From sequence record MN453779.2: DNA of 64,000 bases. One strand, written 5' to 3'. Position numbers and translations under genes: made by a program. The notes beneath the pieces are model-generated. The model saw only the letters and a list, made by a program, of their open reading frames with translations, was not told where the DNA came from and searched no databases. The number at the start of each line of letters is the position of its first letter. Position 1 is the stretch's first letter. Positions 58,947 through 64,000 of this stretch are shown here, piece by piece.

Positions 58947-58978
58947 CTATAATTTTTCAAACCTATATTACTATAGTG
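58947..58978 (+). promoter_or_regulatory. Early promoter, consensus copy (CTATA subtype)
   Basis: CTATAATTTTTCAAACCTATATTACTATAGTG; last 24 nt identical to 15457-15480. Confidence 0.75.
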
Positions 58979-59036
58979 TATAGATAAGAAAGTTATTTTA
59001 ATCTCCGCAATAAAACAATCAAAGGAAATCAAACCA

Positions 59037-59471
59037 ATGTCTAAAGCAAACGCATTCGCTAAATCCATGGAATCTTCTATCGCTGAACTGGTTAAGAATG
59101 CAACCATTCACAAAGATACTCATCACGTAGCTTTTGCTACTCCTACCCTTCCTAAAGGCATCACTGCTGAATCACTTACTCTGCATAACGATTTCGTTAA
59201 TCAGGTATCTGTAGCAGCTGAAGCAGCTCTAAGCGAAATCGCTATTGCTCAGTATCCTGACACCAAGGTCACTGAGTGGGATACAAAACTGAGTCTTGCT
59301 CCTGGAATCGACATCACCGCAGCCGCAGTGTTGAAATCTACAGTTGGTGAAGAGACTATGTACGGCATCACAGATCTGTGTGTGGACCACGTGTTCAATG
59401 AAGAACTCTCCAGCTGGTATAGTGAATTCCAAACTGTTAACCAGGATCGTGTTAAAAAGCTGTTTGATTAA
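59037..59471 (+). CDS. Hypothetical early protein, monocistronic
   Basis: 144 aa; own consensus promoter and terminator. Confidence 0.8.
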   Translation: MSKANAFAKSMESSIAELVKNATIHKDTHHVAFATPTLPKGITAESLTLHNDFVNQVSVAAEAALSEIAIAQYPDTKVTEWDTKLSLAPGIDITAAAVLKSTVGEETMYGITDLCVDHVFNEELSSWYSEFQTVNQDRVKKLFD

Positions 59472-59483
59472 TTGAACGTTATG

Positions 59484-59511
59484 GTTACTCTCGGCTTAGG
59501 TCGAGAGTAAC
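59484..59511 (+). terminator. Hairpin / terminator
   Basis: GTTACTCTCGGC-TTAG-GTCGAGAGTAAC. Confidence 0.65.
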
Positions 59512-59543
59512 TTCTCTACCTTACTTTTTATTTTAGGATAAGT

Positions 59544-59906
59544 ATGAAACAAGATCCAGTTCAGATGTTTGAAAATTACAGACACTTGGTTAATAAGCTA
59601 GTCTATATTAAACTTAGCAATGACTACATGGCAACTCGATTGGAAATCCTTAAAGAACTTCGAAGGTTTGCTTGTGACTTTGAGAAAGGTTCTATAGATA
59701 TAGATTCCTACAAGGATAGTTTCAAGATAAGAAAAATCCACACTCCTTATACTTATGAAATTTGTACAGCAGAGTTTTGGACAATCTCGATTAATAAAAA
59801 CTCTGTTAAGGATTTGGTGTTATTTCTTAAATCTGAAGGACTAAATATAGATGAGTACGAAAGTCTGTGCCAAAATAGTAAAGAGGGTTTGGTTGGAAGG
59901 GAATGA
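59544..59906 (+). CDS. Hypothetical protein
   Basis: 120 aa, AGGA SD. Confidence 0.65.
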   Translation: MKQDPVQMFENYRHLVNKLVYIKLSNDYMATRLEILKELRRFACDFEKGSIDIDSYKDSFKIRKIHTPYTYEICTAEFWTISINKNSVKDLVLFLKSEGLNIDEYESLCQNSKEGLVGRE

Positions 59907-60450
59907 TCGCATTAGCGCGGCTGTATTTCAGCATCACCTAACTGAACAAAATTGGTTACGCGCTAACAAGGATGGGGAAACGGAAGGGTTTGTTAACTTT
60001 CACGATAGCACTAAAGTGACGTTCTTCTTCGGTGGAGGACTAATTATAATTCACAGTAATGACTTTATTCCAGTAATAGATTCTTATGAAGATTTTATTA
60101 AGAAACTTAAAGTCATCCAAAACAGCGTAGAAGACGCTATAGAGAGACTTCAGTCTAAAGACAAGGAAAGGTATTACTTTAATATCAAACGCTTTCTAAA
60201 CGGCTCTGAAGGACCTTCCTCTATATACACTTCTAGCATTGCCATTACATCCTCCACAACACATGGGAGAACATTTGAAATTGCTGACTGTCAATCTAAA
60301 AGTAGAATCTACTTAGGTGGCAAAGGACCATCACTTCGTTTTCTAAATAGGTTTAATAATTTCATTATTTTCTGTGTAGGTGAGGTTGAAAAGACCCTCG
60401 CTAAACATGGAGATGTACTAAGGGAATACAAAGATAAAATAAGATTTTAA
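59851..60450 (+). CDS. Hypothetical protein (start uncertain)
   Basis: 199-aa ORF overlapping the upstream gene by 56 nt. Confidence 0.6.
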   Translation: MSTKVCAKIVKRVWLEGNDRISAAVFQHHLTEQNWLRANKDGETEGFVNFHDSTKVTFFFGGGLIIIHSNDFIPVIDSYEDFIKKLKVIQNSVEDAIERLQSKDKERYYFNIKRFLNGSEGPSSIYTSSIAITSSTTHGRTFEIADCQSKSRIYLGGKGPSLRFLNRFNNFIIFCVGEVEKTLAKHGDVLREYKDKIRF

Positions 60451-60486
60451 GATGTAAACTTTTTCAAACCAATATTATTTTAGTGT
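60446..60486 (+). promoter_or_regulatory. Early promoter (TTTAAGAT subtype)
   Basis: TTTTAAGATGTAAACTTTTTCAAACCAATATTATTTTAGTG. Confidence 0.6.
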
Positions 60487-60526
60487 ATTGAGTATGAATT
60501 GTTTAATTTCAAAAGGAAGATTTGTT

Positions 60527-61051
60527 ATGAAAAAGTATTTTGTTGCTGCTATGATCTCTATGGTAAGTTTCTTCAGTGTAGCCACTGAGGTTAAGGTAAT
60601 TGGCTGGAAAGAAAAACAGGATGATAAGCTAGTCACTTATCAAATCAGTAACACTGGTAATAAAGACGGTGTTCTCACCATCGGATGTGAAAAGAAAGGT
60701 GAACCCTTTACCGTTAAATACGTAATTAATGGTAAAGAGGTAGAAATGTTTATTATCGAGACTTTGAGTACCAGTGGAAAAGATACCTTCCCGTATGTTA
60801 GTATCTATGGTCTGAGTTCCATGACATCTGATATGGTACTGGAGCAAATTGAAAACACTGACCAAGGGTTTGTGATCAGTCGTTTTGAAAATGGTGATCG
60901 TGCTCGTTATCGTGAGTCACGGGAAACTGGTGATAAAACTATGACACCTATTCCTGTCGGTAATGAACTGTTCACTGGTTATGAATTCGTTGGTGAATTT
61001 GTAGCTGATTTGAAACAGGTATGTGGTAAAACTGAAGATCGTAAATTTTAA
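60527..61051 (+). CDS. Putative exported protein
   Basis: Start moved to ATG 60527; signal peptide MKKYFVAAMISMVSFFSVA. Confidence 0.7.
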   Translation: MKKYFVAAMISMVSFFSVATEVKVIGWKEKQDDKLVTYQISNTGNKDGVLTIGCEKKGEPFTVKYVINGKEVEMFIIETLSTSGKDTFPYVSIYGLSSMTSDMVLEQIENTDQGFVISRFENGDRARYRESRETGDKTMTPIPVGNELFTGYEFVGEFVADLKQVCGKTEDRKF

Positions 61052-61080
61052 GATCCAAGATATTTCAGTTCTACATTACC
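61047..61080 (+). promoter_or_regulatory. Early promoter, degenerate (TTTAAGATCC subtype)
   Basis: TTTTAAGATCCAAGATATTTCAGTTCTACATTAC. Confidence 0.5.
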
Positions 61081-61114
61081 TTACTGTATTAACCTTGCGG
61101 TAGTTTGTACCAAG

Positions 61115-61143
61115 CTCCTATTCTCCGTGTAGGAGAATAGGAG
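61115..61143. repeat. Palindromic hairpin of the CCTA(C/T)TCTCC family
   Basis: CTCCTATTCTCC-GTGTA-GGAGAATAGGAG. Confidence 0.7.
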
Positions 61144-61175
61144 TAAACACTTTCATGTGATAAAAGGAAATTATT

Positions 61176-61808
61176 ATGAAAATCCAATCTATGTTGTTTG
61201 CTCTGTTTATGACTGTAGTTGGTTCCGATGTAGTGGCGATGTCTGCTGATCCTGAACCCATTAACTACAACATCCGCGCTGCTGAAGCGGTGGTCACCAA
61301 CACCTATGTGAACAATCAAGGTAATCCTGTTTTGAGTATTGAACTGAAGAAAGGCATTCAATCTCAAACTGTTTATTTTGTTTGCGCTAAAGGTAGCAGT
61401 GATTACTCGGTGTTCTATGATTTTACTGATATCAATAACCAAGCAACTGACTATTCAACTGGTTTTGCCATTCAGTACTATCCGAAAGGCCAAGGTAACA
61501 AAGCTCGGCTAGTTTATGACGATTGGGATAACAACCTGATCCTGTCTGATCGTCGTAATGCTACTTTCACCCAAGCTATGGAGCGTGCTGGTAAACTCAA
61601 AGGCGGTACTATCGTATTTGCGTTCTACTCTACTGACAACTATGAGCAAGGTACACCGACAGCCTATTCTTGGTCCATGCCAGTAGAAGACTTCGTTAAG
61701 AATGTAAACGGTGTTGTAAAAGGTGGAGAGTTTGATGGGGCATGTGATCACGCTTTGGTTAAAGGTCACTCACCTACAGTGCAGTACCAAATGCCGCGTA
61801 TGCGTTAA
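61176..61808 (+). CDS. Putative exported protein
   Basis: Signal-peptide-like N-terminus; shares FxIxxYxKG and a conserved Cys with 61896-62594. Confidence 0.7.
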   Translation: MKIQSMLFALFMTVVGSDVVAMSADPEPINYNIRAAEAVVTNTYVNNQGNPVLSIELKKGIQSQTVYFVCAKGSSDYSVFYDFTDINNQATDYSTGFAIQYYPKGQGNKARLVYDDWDNNLILSDRRNATFTQAMERAGKLKGGTIVFAFYSTDNYEQGTPTAYSWSMPVEDFVKNVNGVVKGGEFDGACDHALVKGHSPTVQYQMPRMR

Positions 61809-61820
61809 TACTATAACTAG

Positions 61821-61848
61821 AGGTAACCTATAACGTTATAGGTTACCT
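61821..61848. terminator. 28-bp perfect palindrome / terminator
   Basis: AGGTAACCTATAACGTTATAGGTTACCT. Confidence 0.65.
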
Positions 61849-61895
61849 TGTTTAACTTTCATTACTTTTAAGTCTAGATAAAGGAATATATAAAA

Positions 61896-62594
61896 ATGAC
61901 CAATAATAAATACGCCAACCCTGTTGTTTTCATTTTTGGTGTTGCGTTTTTGTTTGCTGTTATGTGGTATATTGGGATGGGTACCACTAAAGATAAAACG
62001 AAACCCATTGGGCTCGATCAAGTCCAAATGGAAGAGTTAAGTAGTAGTTTTAAAGACGATCTGGGTGAACCTGTTACTGTCATCTCTAAAGGTAAATTGG
62101 GCGTAGAATATGGTCGTGTTCTTCCTAATATCACGGCTATTCGTTTCTATGATCGTGAAGCCGATGATGGTATTCATCATCCAATTACTTTGATGTGTAA
62201 CGCGAGAACTCAAACACTATTGGTTAAACATGATCTGGAGTATCGCGATTACGCTGATGAGTATTCTGTATCGGAGTTTTCTATTCGTCATTACGCTAAA
62301 GGGACGACTACAATATTTGAAGCAGACGAGAATCGAGCCAAACCTTTCTCTACTAACATCGGTGATCGTAATCTTAAGGAAGCCATTGAATACATCATGA
62401 CTCTTCCTGGTGATGATCTGATATCTTTGGTAGTAGAAGAACCAGTACCTGATGATGACTACGCTACATTTGGCTCCGCCTACTCCCCAATGTACACGGT
62501 AGCTGATTTTACCTATTTGGTAAAATCTCTCAATATTAATGACTGTATAGATGTAGAGATGAAACAAAAGCCAGTTTATAATAAACAGGGGTAA
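61896..62594 (+). CDS. Membrane-anchored protein, paralogue of 61176-61808
   Basis: N-terminal TM helix; LMCNART...FSIRHYAKG. Confidence 0.7.
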   Translation: MTNNKYANPVVFIFGVAFLFAVMWYIGMGTTKDKTKPIGLDQVQMEELSSSFKDDLGEPVTVISKGKLGVEYGRVLPNITAIRFYDREADDGIHHPITLMCNARTQTLLVKHDLEYRDYADEYSVSEFSIRHYAKGTTTIFEADENRAKPFSTNIGDRNLKEAIEYIMTLPGDDLISLVVEEPVPDDDYATFGSAYSPMYTVADFTYLVKSLNINDCIDVEMKQKPVYNKQG

Positions 62595-62600
62595 TTCAAA

Positions 62601-62630
62601 AGAGTAGGAGCATTTGCTCCTACTCTACTT
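62601..62630 (+). terminator. Rho-independent terminator
   Basis: AGAGTAGGAGCA-TT-TGCTCCTACTCT plus T-tract. Confidence 0.7.
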
Positions 62631-62652
62631 TTATACATTATTTTATTTATTC

Positions 62653-62684
62653 CTATAATTTTTCAAACCGATATAATTATTATG
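62653..62684 (+). promoter_or_regulatory. Early promoter (CTATA subtype)
   Basis: CTATAATTTTTCAAACCGATATAATTATTATG; first 28 nt identical to the 57217 copy. Confidence 0.65.
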
Positions 62685-62719
62685 TAACCTAACATATTGT
62701 TTAATAAAGGAGTATAGAA

Positions 62720-63445
62720 ATGAACCACGAAATTAGCTTGCTTGAGAAAGTTAACGATTACTACCTTAAGTTCAAGTTTCTGTTTCGCAATGTACCTATT
62801 AATCAACCCCTGTTGAAATTCTGTGTTGAGAGCATTTCAAGGAACGATAAAGCTCATAACCTTGAGCATGTATTTGCTGTATGTAAGCTTGCAGTAGATA
62901 TTTGTGAACAAGAGAAGATGAGTGGTCGTGAAAAGGAACTAGTGGTCTTAGGGGCACTGTTTCACGATTTAGGTTGCTGCTATGAACGTTCCCAACACCA
63001 CGTTATAGGGTACGGGTTAACCTACGAGTATCTTAACCGATTCTGTCCTTTCGATTATACTTCTGAGGAAGTAATGATTATAGCTAACGCGGTTTTAGAA
63101 CATCGTAGTTCCAATAAGAACAAGCCGACTAACAAAGTTAGCGAAATAGTTAGCATAGCTGATTCCAGTCGTCCTAAGATCAAGTTATACATTCAAAGAT
63201 GTATTCAATTCCGTGAGCATCGCGGAGACCTTGATCGACTATCAACACTGGAGTTTTTCGAAGAAGTAAAGGGACACTTAGTAGAAAAGTTCGGTCCTGA
63301 TGGTTACCACTGGAAAAGTTATCCTGATTTAGGCTTAACCTATTTTGACAAAGAGTGGAAAGAGTTCAGTAGTTATCTCTGTAAGGAAAGAGAAGCTGAA
63401 TTTGACTTGCTTGTAAAAGAGGTCTTCGATTCACTCCGGGAGTAA
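62720..63445 (+). CDS. HD-domain metal-dependent phosphohydrolase
   Basis: AHNLEHV, LFHDLG, EHRS, IAD. Confidence 0.88.
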   Translation: MNHEISLLEKVNDYYLKFKFLFRNVPINQPLLKFCVESISRNDKAHNLEHVFAVCKLAVDICEQEKMSGREKELVVLGALFHDLGCCYERSQHHVIGYGLTYEYLNRFCPFDYTSEEVMIIANAVLEHRSSNKNKPTNKVSEIVSIADSSRPKIKLYIQRCIQFREHRGDLDRLSTLEFFEEVKGHLVEKFGPDGYHWKSYPDLGLTYFDKEWKEFSSYLCKEREAEFDLLVKEVFDSLRE

Positions 63446-63450
63446 TTGTC

Positions 63451-63915
63451 ATGTGGTACTCACTCGGCATGATGGCAATCAGTATTGTGGTAACTATCTT
63501 CACCTCATTAATGGTCAGTTACTGGGCGTGGAGATATATAACGAATCAAGAGTTCTCTGAAAAGAGAGCGTTCTCTTGGCATAGTTTCTTTAAGAACAAT
63601 ATCTACGTCTGTGTTGGAGAAGACAAGGGCGAGGAGTGGTCTTTAGAAATTCGTTACAATATGGACATCAGAAGGATTAAGAACGTACACGTACTTAGAC
63701 ATAGCTACTCGTTGTGTATTCCGTTTAACACTACATTAGCTGAGTTTAAAGAGTACGCAAGTTCATTAGATCCTAAAGATAACCCATTACATAAACTGAT
63801 AAGAGTCGTTGCTAATGAGGAGGAGTTATCCTCTTTAGAACTCAATGAGAAAGAACTGGCCGCCTTTAATGAGTTCAAAAATAACATTATCAATCAAGTG
63901 TTGATCAAAGATTGA
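63451..63915 (+). CDS. Hypothetical protein with N-terminal TM helix
   Basis: 154 aa, GGGAG SD. Confidence 0.65.
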   Translation: MWYSLGMMAISIVVTIFTSLMVSYWAWRYITNQEFSEKRAFSWHSFFKNNIYVCVGEDKGEEWSLEIRYNMDIRRIKNVHVLRHSYSLCIPFNTTLAEFKEYASSLDPKDNPLHKLIRVVANEEELSSLELNEKELAAFNEFKNNIINQVLIKD

Positions 63916-63953
63916 TGTGTGATGTTGCTTTCATGACAGAACAACATAATAAA

Positions 63954-63981
63954 CCTCTGGAACCCAATTGGGTTCCAGAGG
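63954..63981 (+). terminator. 28-bp perfect palindrome / terminator
   Basis: CCTCTGGAACCCAATTGGGTTCCAGAGG; shares the core AACCCAATTGGGTT with the 5225 palindrome. Confidence 0.7.
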
Positions 63982-64000
63982 CTATGTTTCTTATTTTTGT

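Noticed and set aside
1-64000. CRISPR array, tRNA or rRNA genes, stop-codon recoding
   Set aside because: No regularly spaced direct repeats or cloverleafs found by eye; hairpins are isolated; TAA, TAG and TGA all end tightly packed genes, and the two apparent gene breaks are explained by introns

Overview
This window is 64 kb of an AT-rich phiKZ-like (Chimalliviridae-type) jumbo phage genome in the standard genetic code; I found no tRNA, rRNA or CRISPR array. The left part (1-18.3 kb) holds early and accessory genes: a dTMP-supply block (metallophosphoesterase, intein-containing thyA, HAD phosphatase, GNAT, folA, tdk) and an adjacent ClpP-like plus GroEL-like pair. The middle (18.4-56.5 kb) is the conserved phiKZ-like core: virion proteins, an RNase H-like protein, an SF2 helicase, a UvsX/RecA-like protein, three virion RNA polymerase subunit genes, a free-standing HNH endonuclease, a giant tail protein with a GH19 lytic domain, a modular endolysin and a prohead protease. 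The right part (56.6-64 kb) holds early genes, including a cluster of exported paralogues and an HD hydrolase. The ORF track misses two ORF-less group I introns in consecutive RNA polymerase genes. One (47156-47413) splits the catalytic DFDG|D motif of beta-prime and hides a 55-codon exon; the other (50834-51224) splits beta at DDxKR. A LAGLIDADG intein (7702-8712) sits directly in front of the catalytic Cys of ThyA. A repeated early-promoter motif (about 12 copies, two subtypes) and a family of related palindromic terminators organise the window. All protein calls come from motifs read by eye; no database search was run.
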